A DNA stretch of 64,000 nt, taken from positions 29,260-93,259 of the forward strand of contig JAIDUV010000026.1 in assembly GCA_029060025.1 (NCBI GenBank). The letters are read 5' to 3'. Shown here piece after piece: positions 1 through 9,433 of the stretch (positions are counted from its first letter, which is position 1; each line of letters starts with the position of its first letter). Origin of the DNA: Clostridia bacterium (GTDB lineage Bacteria; Bacillota; Clostridia; Christensenellales; UBA3700). A program made the translations under genes and the position numbers. Under the pieces are notes generated by a model that saw only the letters and a program-made list of their open reading frames with translations, had not been told where the DNA came from and ran no database searches.

Positions 1-958
1 TTGTCTGCCGTAATCTAGATATAGCATTGACGCAACGGCGTCTACTCTTATGCCGTCGACGTGATATTCACTGACCCAAAAGTCCGCCGAAGATATTAAG
101 AAAGAATGTACTTCTCTTCTGCCGTAATCGAAAATTCTCGTACCCCACTCCTTATGCTCTTGCTTGAGAGGGTCTGAATATTCATAACAAGGCTGTCCGT
201 CAAACTCGTAAAGTCCAAACGCGTCCTTTGGAAAATGCGCGCATACCCAATCGAGAATGACGCCTATTTTGTTTTTGTGTAATTTGTTGATAAAATATTT
301 GAAATCGTCGGGCGTGCCGTATCTTGAAGTGGGCGCAAACATACCGCTCACTTGATAGCCCCAACTACCTTCGTAAGGATACTCGCATATAGGAAGTATC
401 TCAACGTGAGTATATCCCATCTGCTTGATATACGGTACGAGTTCGTCCGCCAAATCACGGTAATTTAAAATATTGCCGTCGGCGTATCTTCTCCAACTGC
501 CTACGTGCAATTCATATATATTCATCGGACTGTGAAAAGCGTCGAACTTTTCTCTTTCGGCTATCCAGTTTTTGTCCGTCCACTTAAAACTCGACTCATA
601 AAGTTTAGAAGCGTTTGCAGGAGAAGTCTCGCTGTGTCTTGCATAAGGATCGGCTTTGAGCCTCAACTTGCCGTCGGCAGTCTCCACACTGAATTTATAT
701 ATGTCGTATATCTTAAGACCTTCTACAAAGCCCTCCCATATACCGTCACTTATCTTGCTCATCGGATGGACTTCTCTATCCCAATTGTTAAAGTCACCAA
801 CTATGCTGACTGACTTTGCGTGCGGCGCCCACACTCTAAAGACCCAACCGCTTTTGCCCTCTCTCTGACTTTGATGAGGCGACATAAACTTATAAGCCTC
901 ATAATTTGTACCCTCGTGAAAGAGATATACTGGTATTTTTTTGTCCAATTATTCTTTC
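1..958 (-). CDS. glgB: 1,4-alpha-glucan branching enzyme, N-terminal part (gene continues past the window start)
   Basis: My minus-strand translation is open from 958 to 1: DKKIPVYLFHEGTNYEAYKFM..WVFRVWAPHAKSVSIVGDFNNW..IYELHVGSW..YTHVEILPICEYPYEGSWGYQ..GVILDWVCAHFPKD..YHVDGIRVDAVASMLYLDYGR (GH13 branching-enzyme motifs). TTG start at 958-956 with GGAG about 9 nt upstream. Not in the ORF track because it runs off the edge. Confidence 0.85.
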
Positions 959-1118
959 TCCTTTTTCATACTTATCCAAATTATACCATATTTAATTTTA
1001 ATATACAATACCGAATTTATGAAAATGTTAATTTTTTTTATTTTTTTTGCTTGCGTTTTGGGATATTTGAGCGTATAACATATATGGTAATTTTTTAAGA
1101 GAAATTACGGAGGCATTT

Positions 1119-2579
1119 ATGGCTACTAAAGATATGTCGATAGGCAAACCTATCAAAGTTCTGTACGCGTTTGCATTGCCAATGATAATATCCGTATTAT
1201 TTCAACAGTTTTACAACATTGCAGACTCTCTTATAGCAGGCAATTTTATAAACGACAACGGCATTGCCTTAGCGGCAGTCAACGCCGCGTATCCTGTGAC
1301 CGTAGTATTTATTGCCATAGGCAACGGCTTTGGCGTGGGCGGTAGCGTGGCTATCTCGAGAATCTTCGGAGCAAAACAATACTCCCGCACAAAGACGGCT
1401 ACTCTGACTGCTTTGATCAACATCTTTATATTCGCTTTGATTTTCACCGTGATAGGCGTATTTACTTGCAAGCCTCTACTCTCGACTATGAACTCGCAAG
1501 ACCTAGGACAGGAAGTCTTTGCGCAAAGCGTCGACTATCTCAGCATATACATCTACGGACTGACCTTCTTATTTGTCTACAATGTGGTAAGTTGTATATT
1601 CCAAGCGCTCGGCAACTCAAAGACGCCGCTTTTTCTGCTCATATTTTCTACTGTACTCAACGTGATAGTTGATATTATATTCGTCAAATATTGCAATATG
1701 GGAGTAAAAGGACTTGCCTGGGGTACTTTTCTCGCTCAAGGCATTGCAAGCGTGTTGTCCTTGATCCTATTGCTTGTCAATATATCCAAACTTCCGAAAG
1801 ATACGGCGGAAAACATATCTGACGAAAGTCAATGTCAATCGGGTGATAAAAGCACTTTTTACTACTGCCCCAAAAACTCAACAAAACAGTCCTGGAAAGA
1901 AAACTCAGTATTCTCGCTGTCGATATGGTCAAGCATTATGCTTATGGCTTTGCCAAGTATTTTGCAAAACTCCACCGTATCAATAGGACAACTCTTCGTG
2001 CAAGGACTCGTCAATTCTTTTGGCAACGCAAATCTAGTCGCTGCATACGGCTCGGCTTTTAAAATAAATTACATAATCATATCTATATTCCTGACGATAT
2101 CCAATGCAATGGCAACCTTTACGTCGCAAAATATAGGCGCAAATCGCTTAGACAGAGCAAAAGAAGGTCTTAAAGGCGGACTGATAAGTATGGTGGCAAT
2201 TGCCTTGCTTTCCACGGCAATATATCTGATATTTGCAAAAGCGCTCGTGGGCGCCTTTGTAAACGGACAAAACGACGAAATAATTGCAATAGGCTCGCAA
2301 TTTTTGTATATTCTGTCACCGTTCTATATCGTGGTGTGCATCAAGATAATCTTCGACGGATTTATAAGAGGCGCTGGAGATATGGCGGGATTCACCACTA
2401 GTACTATGACAGACTTGGTGCTCCGCGTGGGTCTGAGTTTTCTGTTCGTCAAGGCGTGCCATCTATCGTACGTGTCAATATGGTGGAGTTGGCCAATAGG
2501 CTGGGTCGTCGGTGCAGCCGTATCAGTCGTATTCTATCTCTCAAAAAGATGGCAAAAGACCGCCGGCAAAACGCTTTAA
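1119..2579 (+). CDS. MATE family efflux transporter
   Basis: 486-aa polytopic ORF. The N-terminus PIKVLYAFALPMIISVLFQQFYNIADSLIAGNF is the typical MatE opening. GGAGG lies 5 nt upstream of the ATG. The central loop is unusually long and Cys/Ser-rich (DESQCQSGDKSTFYYCPKNSTKQSW). Confidence 0.85.
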   Translation: MATKDMSIGKPIKVLYAFALPMIISVLFQQFYNIADSLIAGNFINDNGIALAAVNAAYPVTVVFIAIGNGFGVGGSVAISRIFGAKQYSRTKTATLTALINIFIFALIFTVIGVFTCKPLLSTMNSQDLGQEVFAQSVDYLSIYIYGLTFLFVYNVVSCIFQALGNSKTPLFLLIFSTVLNVIVDIIFVKYCNMGVKGLAWGTFLAQGIASVLSLILLLVNISKLPKDTAENISDESQCQSGDKSTFYYCPKNSTKQSWKENSVFSLSIWSSIMLMALPSILQNSTVSIGQLFVQGLVNSFGNANLVAAYGSAFKINYIIISIFLTISNAMATFTSQNIGANRLDRAKEGLKGGLISMVAIALLSTAIYLIFAKALVGAFVNGQNDEIIAIGSQFLYILSPFYIVVCIKIIFDGFIRGAGDMAGFTTSTMTDLVLRVGLSFLFVKACHLSYVSIWWSWPIGWVVGAAVSVVFYLSKRWQKTAGKTL

Positions 2580-2622
2580 ATCAAGCGTTGACATAAATCG
2601 TAAATTTGATTATACTCATTAT

Positions 2623-3405
2623 ATGAACTTGAGACCGATAAATATAAACCTAAACGATTATCCTCCGTCAATCCGGACCTATCTTGAAGGCGCAAAAATC
2701 TTTGACAGCAGTTGCTCTCCGCAGGCTAAAGTAATTTTCTCCGATAAAGACGACGGATATTTTATCAAAACTTCTCCTAAAGAGTCGTTATTTTCCGAAT
2801 ATACTATGACGAATTATTTTCACTCTTTGGGACTTGCTCCGCAAGTATTAGAATACGTCTCCGACTCAAATGACTATCTCGTCACTGCCAAAGTCAAAGG
2901 CAACGACTGCATAAGCCAAAGATATCTGGAAAATCCCAAAAAACTTTGCGATACCACTGCGCATCTTTTGCGAGAATTACATTCGATCGACTTTGTAGAC
3001 TGCCCCATCAAAAATCACACCGCTATATTTCTCAAAACGGCAGAACAAAACTATAAAGCAGGCTTATGCGACAAAGAAATGTTTGAGCAACTCGACTTAA
3101 AAAATACTGCCGACGCTTGGAAGTTGATAACGGCAAAAAGCAAACTTCTCAAGAACGAAGTCTTGCTACACGGAGACTACTGTCTTCCCAACGTAATACT
3201 TGACGATTGGAAGTTGAGCGGTTTTATCGACGTAGGCAACGGCGGCGTAGGCGATAGACACGTAGATATATTCTGGGGCATTTATACGCTGTTTTACAAT
3301 TTGCATACTCACGAATATGCAAAAAGATTTATAGACGCGTACGGAAAAGACCTTGTGGATATTGAGAGATTAAGACTTATATCTACAATAGAGATTTTCG
3401 GTTAA
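2623..3405 (+). CDS. aminoglycoside phosphotransferase, APH(3')-like kinase
   Basis: Catalytic loop LHGDYCLPNVIL (HGDxxxxN) and IDVGNGGVGDRHVDI (DxGxxGxxDRxxD). I moved the start to ATG 2623 (MNLRPININ..) because the track start at 2512 overlaps the MATE gene by 68 nt. Confidence 0.75.
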   Translation: MNLRPININLNDYPPSIRTYLEGAKIFDSSCSPQAKVIFSDKDDGYFIKTSPKESLFSEYTMTNYFHSLGLAPQVLEYVSDSNDYLVTAKVKGNDCISQRYLENPKKLCDTTAHLLRELHSIDFVDCPIKNHTAIFLKTAEQNYKAGLCDKEMFEQLDLKNTADAWKLITAKSKLLKNEVLLHGDYCLPNVILDDWKLSGFIDVGNGGVGDRHVDIFWGIYTLFYNLHTHEYAKRFIDAYGKDLVDIERLRLISTIEIFG

Positions 3406-3421
3406 ATCAAGGAGGAGATAA

Positions 3422-3877
3422 ATGCGAAGAAAGGACAGACAAATGCCAAAAGAGTGGGCAATGCAAATCGTAGACAAATGCCATTGGGCTACGATTGCAA
3501 CGATAGATACCGACGGTATGCCCTACTGCATACCCTTGAGCATAGCAAGAATTGACGGCGCAATATACTTCCACTGCGCAAAGGAAGGAAAAAAGACAGA
3601 TTGCTTTAAGCACAACGACGATGTGTGTATATCCTGCGTCGGTGACACGTTGAGACTAGACGACGAATTTGCCACCAATTACGAAAGTGCAATAGTACGT
3701 GGCAAAATATCGCAAGTATCAGACGACAAAGAAAAGATTGCGGCATTGAGAGCGATATGTCAAAGACACACGCCTTTAAATATGCGAAACTTTGACGACG
3801 AAATTAAAAAATATTTCAACGCAACCGCTATTTGGAAAGTGTCTATTCAAGACATTGACGGCAAAAGACGTAAATAA
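3422..3877 (+). CDS. pyridoxamine 5'-phosphate oxidase-fold protein, Nim-like (5-nitroimidazole reductase family)
   Basis: 151 aa. The MRRKDRQM start and the IYFHCAKEGKKTDCFKHNDDVCISCV core resemble Nim/Pyridox_ox_2 proteins as I remember them. Strong RBS: AAGGAGGAGataaATG. Confidence 0.65.
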   Translation: MRRKDRQMPKEWAMQIVDKCHWATIATIDTDGMPYCIPLSIARIDGAIYFHCAKEGKKTDCFKHNDDVCISCVGDTLRLDDEFATNYESAIVRGKISQVSDDKEKIAALRAICQRHTPLNMRNFDDEIKKYFNATAIWKVSIQDIDGKRRK

Positions 3878-3895
3878 ACAAACTCCAAAAATTAG

Positions 3896-3919
3896 CCGAC
3901 GCTATTGAATTGGCGTCGG
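3896..3919. terminator. hairpin between convergent genes (nim-like + / ung -)
   Basis: ccgacgc (3896-3902) pairs with gcgtcgg (3913-3919), giving a 7-bp GC-rich stem. The flanking U-tract is weak. Confidence 0.45.
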
Positions 3920-3926
3920 GTATATT

Positions 3927-4604
3927 TTATTCTCCTCTTCTACTCCAATCAACTGGCGTTCTGCCGTGCTTAGTCAAGAAGTCGTTGGCTTTTGAGAAGT
4001 GCTTGCACTCTAAAAATCCGTTGTAGAAAGAAAGCGGGCTTGGGTGTACGCACTTGAGCACGAGATGCTTACTCTCGTCAATAAATTTCGCCTTTGCTTT
4101 TGCAGGATTTCCCCAAAGCATAAATACGGTGGGATACGGAGAGTCGTTGATCATTTTGATAACGCTGTCTGTAAAACGCTCCCAGCCTATATTCGCGTGG
4201 CTTTGTGGCTTGCCTTCTCGCACCGTGAGCACGGTGTTGAGAAGCAATACGCCCTCGTCTGCCCAACCCGTCAGGTCTCCGCAATTACTTTGCGGTATGC
4301 CGAGATCGTATTCGAGCGCCTTATAGATATTGACGAGTGACGGCGGACACTTCACGCCCTTGCGCACGGAAAAACTCATACCGTGAGCCTGTCCGTAGCC
4401 GTGGTAAGGGTCTTGTCCTAAAATGACTACTTTGACGTTTTCATACGGCGTATGCTCAAACGCAGAAAGTATTTCTTTCATTGGCGGATATACTTTGAAG
4501 TTGCTGTATTCTTGCGCCAAAAACTTGCGAATATCTTTGAAGTAATCTTGCGAAAACTCACACTCTAATTTTTCATCCCAACTATTGCCTAAATGCGACG
4601 ACAT
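3927..4604 (-). CDS. ung: uracil-DNA glycosylase (family 1)
   Basis: VILGQDPYHGYGQAHGMSFSV contains the GQDPYH water-activating motif. HPSPLS leucine-loop motif near the C-terminus. 225 aa. Confidence 0.95.
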   Translation of the reverse strand: MSSHLGNSWDEKLECEFSQDYFKDIRKFLAQEYSNFKVYPPMKEILSAFEHTPYENVKVVILGQDPYHGYGQAHGMSFSVRKGVKCPPSLVNIYKALEYDLGIPQSNCGDLTGWADEGVLLLNTVLTVREGKPQSHANIGWERFTDSVIKMINDSPYPTVFMLWGNPAKAKAKFIDESKHLVLKCVHPSPLSFYNGFLECKHFSKANDFLTKHGRTPVDWSRRGE

Positions 4605-4706
4605 AATAGCCCCCTAAACTTTTTTATAATTTTAGCACGATTTGCCGAAATTTGTCAATATATCCTATTTGACAGACAAAAATAAAAAGTATAAAATATA
4701 TTTGTT

Positions 4707-5510
4707 ATGTTTGACACGCACACACACTGCAAGCACTCTCACGACAGCAAAGAAGAGCCGATACAAATGATAGAACACGCCATATCTTTGGGTATGGACT
4801 ATATTGCTTTCACCGATCACTTTGACGGCGAACTTACTTTTCTTCCCGAATTTGACTACATACCGCAGATAGATCTTCAAAAACACTTTGAAGAAATTGC
4901 CTCGCTCAAAGAGCAATATAAAGGCAAAATAGAAATCGGCGTAGGCTTAGAATGCGGATATATGAAAGAAGCAAACGAATTGTATCTGTCAAAACTCAAC
5001 AAGTTTGACACGGATATTATTATCAACTCTATTCACACAATCGAATATGAAGACTGCTATATGCCCTCTTACTTTGCAAAGCGCACAAAAGCGCAAGCAT
5101 ACGGCGCATATCTCAAAGCCGTGAGAGAAAGTCTGGACTGCCCATATCATTTTGACAGTGTCGGTCATATCGGCTACGTCGTGCGCAAAAGCACGTACGA
5201 AGACAAAGCGCTGGAATACAAAGACTTTGCAGATATTATCGACGACATATTGACTACTATTATTGCAAAAGGCAAAGCCTTGGAAATCAACTCCCAAAGT
5301 AAAGGCACCGGACTTGACTTTTTACCCACAAAAGATATTTTATTGAGGTACAAAGACCTTGGCGGCGAATTGCTGACGTTTGGCTCAGACGCTCACTTTT
5401 GCGGACGTATAGGCGAAAAATATTCGCTTGTCTCAGACTGGCTTAAAGCAAACGGCTTTAAATACCTTTTTAAGTATTTGTCGCACAAACCCATTGCTGT
5501 AAAACTTTGA
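4707..5510 (+). CDS. PHP-domain histidinol-phosphatase family protein (HisJ/HisK type)
   Basis: MFDTHTHCKHSHDS (HxH metal motif), ..AFTDH.., ..GSDAH.. 267 aa, typical of the family. Confidence 0.7.
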   Translation: MFDTHTHCKHSHDSKEEPIQMIEHAISLGMDYIAFTDHFDGELTFLPEFDYIPQIDLQKHFEEIASLKEQYKGKIEIGVGLECGYMKEANELYLSKLNKFDTDIIINSIHTIEYEDCYMPSYFAKRTKAQAYGAYLKAVRESLDCPYHFDSVGHIGYVVRKSTYEDKALEYKDFADIIDDILTTIIAKGKALEINSQSKGTGLDFLPTKDILLRYKDLGGELLTFGSDAHFCGRIGEKYSLVSDWLKANGFKYLFKYLSHKPIAVKL

Positions 5511-5522
5511 TACAAAATTTTA

Positions 5523-5546
5523 AAGACAAGGCATTGACCTTGTCTT
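5523..5546. terminator. hairpin between convergent genes (PHP phosphatase + / acyl-CoA ligase -)
   Basis: aagacaagg (5523-5531) pairs with ccttgtctt (5538-5546), loop cattga. A second small hairpin, ggttgc-ata-gcaacc, sits at about 5561-5575. Confidence 0.5.
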
Positions 5547-5584
5547 AGTAAAATTATATTGGTTGCATAGCAACCGTTAGGAGA

Positions 5585-7243
5585 TTATTTGTTGACGTTT
5601 TTGCCAAACCGTTTTATCTTGCAAGTCGTAGTCTTCTCAAGAGCGCAATCAAGCACTTCATAATTACTGATACGTTTATACCCCGGCATCTTAGCGTTGA
5701 TGTCACTTATTATTCTGCCTAGAGAATGTTTTATATCACTAAGACTAGGCATATGTCCCAACTTCTTTTTTATGACGTCTATGTTGGGAAAAATTCTTGC
5801 CTTGACTTCCGTCTTGCCTCTCTCTTGCGACGCGACCACGAGTACGTCCCCGACTTCGGGAAAATCAGACAGTCTCGCCTCAAGTTCTTCTGGATAAATA
5901 TTCTTGCCGTTTTCCGTAACGATTACATTTTTTATTCTTCCTGCAATATAAAGCGCGCCATCTGCGTCCATTCTACCCAAGTCCCCTGTGCGGAACCATC
6001 CGTCCTTAAACGCCGCGTCCGTTGCCTTTTTATCCTTGAAGTACCCTAACATAATATTTTCACCCTTTGCCAATATCTCGCCTATACCTTCGTAGTTTGG
6101 CTCGTCTATCTTGAGTTGAACGCCGGGGATTGCTATGCCGGTAGACTTAGGATTGAAATAAAAATCACTGTTGCCTGCTAAGAGCGGAGCACATTCGGTC
6201 AATCCGTATCCCTGTAATACTCGCATATTCATCGCATTGAAGTTGTCCACTATCGCGCTGTCAAGATCGGCAGCGCCTACAATAAATAGTCTCACGTTGC
6301 CGCCAAGAGACTTGGCAACTTTGGAAGAGATAACTTTGCGGACAAGCCAAGGCAACTTTCCCATAGCCTCGGCAAAAGAATTGTCGTCAAAATAATGTCT
6401 ATATTTGTCAGGACACTTCTCCGATACAGACTGTCGTATCTTCTTGTCTAACATCTTGAGCAATGCCGGCACGACTACCAAAATCGACGGAGAATACTCG
6501 ACGATATTTTTTGCTACCTTTAGAAGCGAATCGCAATACGTGATGCAAGCGCCTCTTGAAAGCATCAAAATGCAATTGAGCGTACACTCATAAGTATGGT
6601 GCAACGGCAAAATCGACAGCGTCCTATCGCTGGATTTTATATTAACTACGCTCAAAGTCGAGCGTATGTCGGAAAGCACGTTATGTTGGGATAGGCAGAC
6701 GCCCTTTGCGCTGCCAGTCGTCCCCGACGTAAATATCAAAATATTTGTATCGTCTTTGGATATTGTAATGCTGTCAATCTCGCTTTCGTCTTGACAAGGA
6801 ATTAACGAATATTCGCAATCTATTGCGTCAAATGAGAAATACTTACGCGGAGTGCGTAATTCAAATGCGACTTTTGAAAGAATTTTTTCATCGCCGCATA
6901 CCGCAGCGACCTGCGCGTGATTCAAAAAGTTGTCTATATCCTCAACGCTCAACTCTTTATCAAGAGGCACAACAATGCCTACGCTTGCCGCCGCAAGATA
7001 CGCCAAGGTCCACTCATAGCAATTGTTGCCTACGACTGCGATATACTTTCCCTTTAAGCCCTGCGAAATAAAATATGAGCAAAGATTATAATATCTTTGT
7101 CTCAACTCGCTATACTTTATCTTTCTGTAACTGCCGTCTTTTTCTCTCAGCAAAAAGGCTGTCTTTGACGAATATTTCTTTGAGGAAATATTGATAAGTT
7201 GTGTGAAATTATCAAGACTTGCTACGTTATACATCTTCTTCAT
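5585..7243 (-). CDS. AMP-forming long-chain acyl-CoA ligase (FadD-like)
   Basis: Adenylation cores IFTSGTTGSAKGV, QGYGLTE, TGDLGRMDADG, GRIKNVIV. 552 aa. Confidence 0.85.
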   Translation of the reverse strand: MKKMYNVASLDNFTQLINISSKKYSSKTAFLLREKDGSYRKIKYSELRQRYYNLCSYFISQGLKGKYIAVVGNNCYEWTLAYLAAASVGIVVPLDKELSVEDIDNFLNHAQVAAVCGDEKILSKVAFELRTPRKYFSFDAIDCEYSLIPCQDESEIDSITISKDDTNILIFTSGTTGSAKGVCLSQHNVLSDIRSTLSVVNIKSSDRTLSILPLHHTYECTLNCILMLSRGACITYCDSLLKVAKNIVEYSPSILVVVPALLKMLDKKIRQSVSEKCPDKYRHYFDDNSFAEAMGKLPWLVRKVISSKVAKSLGGNVRLFIVGAADLDSAIVDNFNAMNMRVLQGYGLTECAPLLAGNSDFYFNPKSTGIAIPGVQLKIDEPNYEGIGEILAKGENIMLGYFKDKKATDAAFKDGWFRTGDLGRMDADGALYIAGRIKNVIVTENGKNIYPEELEARLSDFPEVGDVLVVASQERGKTEVKARIFPNIDVIKKKLGHMPSLSDIKHSLGRIISDINAKMPGYKRISNYEVLDCALEKTTTCKIKRFGKNVNK

Positions 7244-7257
7244 TTATATTACCTATA

Positions 7258-7271
7258 TGCAACTGGTTGCA
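7258..7271. promoter_or_regulatory. perfect 14-bp palindrome, candidate TetR operator in front of the acyl-CoA ligase gene
   Basis: tgcaactggttgca is 15 nt upstream of the ligase ATG (7243), in the divergent intergenic region shared with the tetR-family gene. Confidence 0.3.
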
Positions 7272-7404
7272 ATAAAATGCATATTATATTGACTTTTGCC
7301 AATATGTCTGATATTATTATATAGACATACTGTCGGAAAATCAACAAACAGTATTTTTATAAATGTATTGTTGAAAATATTATAATCTTATTTTGCTTCT
7401 AAAC

Positions 7405-7427
7405 CGACAAAATATCTAGATTTGTCG
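7405..7427. promoter_or_regulatory. 7-bp inverted repeat, candidate autoregulatory operator of the TetR gene
   Basis: cgacaaa (7405-7411) and tttgtcg (7421-7427), separated by atatctaga, end 10 nt before the tetR ORF. Confidence 0.3.
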
Positions 7428-7437
7428 TGTAAAATTT

Positions 7438-8025
7438 ATGCAAGAGCGAGGTGAAATGCAAGAGACAAGAAGAGTCAGAATGACTAAAAAAATGATAAAA
7501 GACGCCTATATAGAATTGTTGGAAATCAATCCCGACAAAAGATTATCTATTACGGAAATATGTCAAAGAGCCGACATAAATCGCTCGACTTTCTATATGC
7601 ATTACGAGGACGTCAATCAACTCGTCAAAGAAATCGAAGACGAGATTTTAGATCAAATTCCCTACCCTTCGTTGACTGAAGGCACTCTGTCGCAAAAAGA
7701 ACAGTATCTTGACTTGCTCAAAGACACTTTTGAATATATCAAAGTAAACAAAAACCAATTTATATTACTTCTTTCTCAACTCGACAGCAACGATTTTAAA
7801 AAAAGATTGATATCGTCAATCCTCGACAAATACAAAGCCTTGACTGTCTCCGACGACTCTCTTATATCCAAGTACGGTTATATGTTTTGTATAAACGGCG
7901 TTGTGGGATTGCTACGCGAATGGATAAAAGACGATTTCCCAATATCCAGTGCAGAACTTGCAAAAATAGCATTCGGTATGTCATTGCAAGCAACAGACTT
8001 TTCTAAAATATTCAATAATAAATAA
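7438..8025 (+). CDS. TetR/AcrR family transcriptional regulator
   Basis: N-terminal HTH: KKMIKDAYIELLEINPDKRLSITEICQRADINRSTFYMHYEDV. The start is ambiguous (ATG at 7438, 7456 or 7480). The stop abuts the stop of the convergent ecfA gene with no spacer. Confidence 0.85.
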   Translation: MQERGEMQETRRVRMTKKMIKDAYIELLEINPDKRLSITEICQRADINRSTFYMHYEDVNQLVKEIEDEILDQIPYPSLTEGTLSQKEQYLDLLKDTFEYIKVNKNQFILLLSQLDSNDFKKRLISSILDKYKALTVSDDSLISKYGYMFCINGVVGLLREWIKDDFPISSAELAKIAFGMSLQATDFSKIFNNK

Positions 8026-9433
8026 TTATGCAAAAAAGTCTTTGACGATTTGTTTGCCGCCAAAACGAGACACTTTGCCGTCCTTGATATGGATAGCAAC
8101 GTCACAGAGCGCATCGGCGCATCGTATATCGTGAGTGACTGTTATCATAGTGTTGCCGCTCTGAATATGTATCTCGTTGAGCGCATTGACAAGACGCTTA
8201 AGTCCGTCGTAGTCTTGTCCCACGGTAGGCTCGTCCAATATAAGTACGTCTGGATTGCTCGCAACGACAGCCGCTATTGACACAAGTCTTTTCTGTCCCT
8301 GCGAAAGAGACTGCGGATGTCTGTCAAGCAAATGCGATACTCCCAAAATCTTTTCGATATGAGTTGCGTAATCCTTACTCTCCGCGCACAGTTCGATTTC
8401 TTCTCTGACCGTTGGCATAAAGAGTTGATAATCGGGATTTTGATATACTACGCCTACTCTTTTATAAAACTTTCTTGAGCCTCGGCTTTGACCTAGACGT
8501 TCGTCAATATATTGATATATCTTACCGTCGCTAGGCTTGCTTAATCTTGCAATCAGCCTAAGCAACGTAGTTTTTCCGCAACCGTTTTCTCCAAGCAACA
8601 AAACTCTTCCGCCTTTGGGAATCTGACAACTTATATCTTTCAAAATCTCTCTCTTTTTTACGGAAAACTTGACGTCCTTTATATCGAAAACGCTGTCTTT
8701 GATTTCAAATAATGGGCACTTGTCCTCTATGACTTTTGTCTGCGCTCTCAAAAACGCATCTCTATCGTACACCTCAACGGCTTTACCTCCAGTAACGTGC
8801 CAAACCCTATCGACAAAAGGCATAACCATATCAAGTCTGTGTTCGACGATAAGTACAGCATACCCTGCCTTAGCCAAAGACTTGAGAGTATCCATAAGCA
8901 AAGCGCCGCCCTCTCTGTCAAGATTTGGCAAGAGGCTCGTCCAATATGATAATTTTCTGTCCCATTGCAAGAGTCGAGGCGGTGATAAGTCTCTGTTTTT
9001 GCCCTCCTGAAAGCGACCGCGTCTTCCATTCAGGCGAAAGGCGCATAAGTTTGCACACTATATCTATTTGCTTTTCTATCTTTTGCGGAGCAAACGCTAA
9101 GTTCTCGCAACCAAAGGCTATTTCGTCCTCGACGATTTTGTGTACGATTTGTTCGTCGGCATTTTGCAATACGACACCTACTTTGCGGCATATATCACCC
9201 ATCTTCTTACCGGCGATGTTTTGTCCGTCAATGACAACTTCTCCTTCGAGCGTACCGCCGTTGACGTTGGGAATTATTCCGCATATTATCGACGCAAGAG
9301 TACTTTTGCCCTCTCCCGAGTGTCCTGCTATGAGCGTAATCTCGCCGTATTCCATATTGAAATCCACGCCGTCGAGAATCTTGATTTTTCCGTCATAGGA
9401 AAACGTAATCTTTTTTAACAAAACTGCGCTCAT
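8026..9433 (-). pseudogene. duplicated (A-A fused) ECF transporter ATPase, interrupted by a +1 frameshift
   Basis: Two ABC cassettes. Cassette 1: GHSGEGKST, LSGGQKQR, IIILDEP. Cassette 2: GENGCGKTT, LSQGQKRL, LILDEPTVGQD. Frame 1 stops at 8920-8918 right after ILDEPLAKS. The other frame continues ..LPNLDREGGALLMDTL.. The span is 1408 nt (3n+1). Removing one A from the AAA run (8924-8926) restores DEPLANLDREGG. The ATG at 9433 overlaps the ecfT stop (ATGA). Confidence 0.75.

Noticed and set aside
505-1098. Three plus-strand track ORFs (505-813, 656-868, 820-1098) at the window start
   Set aside because: They lie antisense to, or just upstream of, a minus-strand frame that translates cleanly as GlgB with GH13 motifs. 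Their own translations are low-complexity with no motifs or RBS. They are shadow ORFs.
2512-2622. Upstream extension of the APH-like ORF (track start 2512)
   Set aside because: It would overlap the MATE gene by 68 nt and add a non-conserved basic segment. ATG 2623 gives a 260-aa product, typical of APH(3') enzymes.
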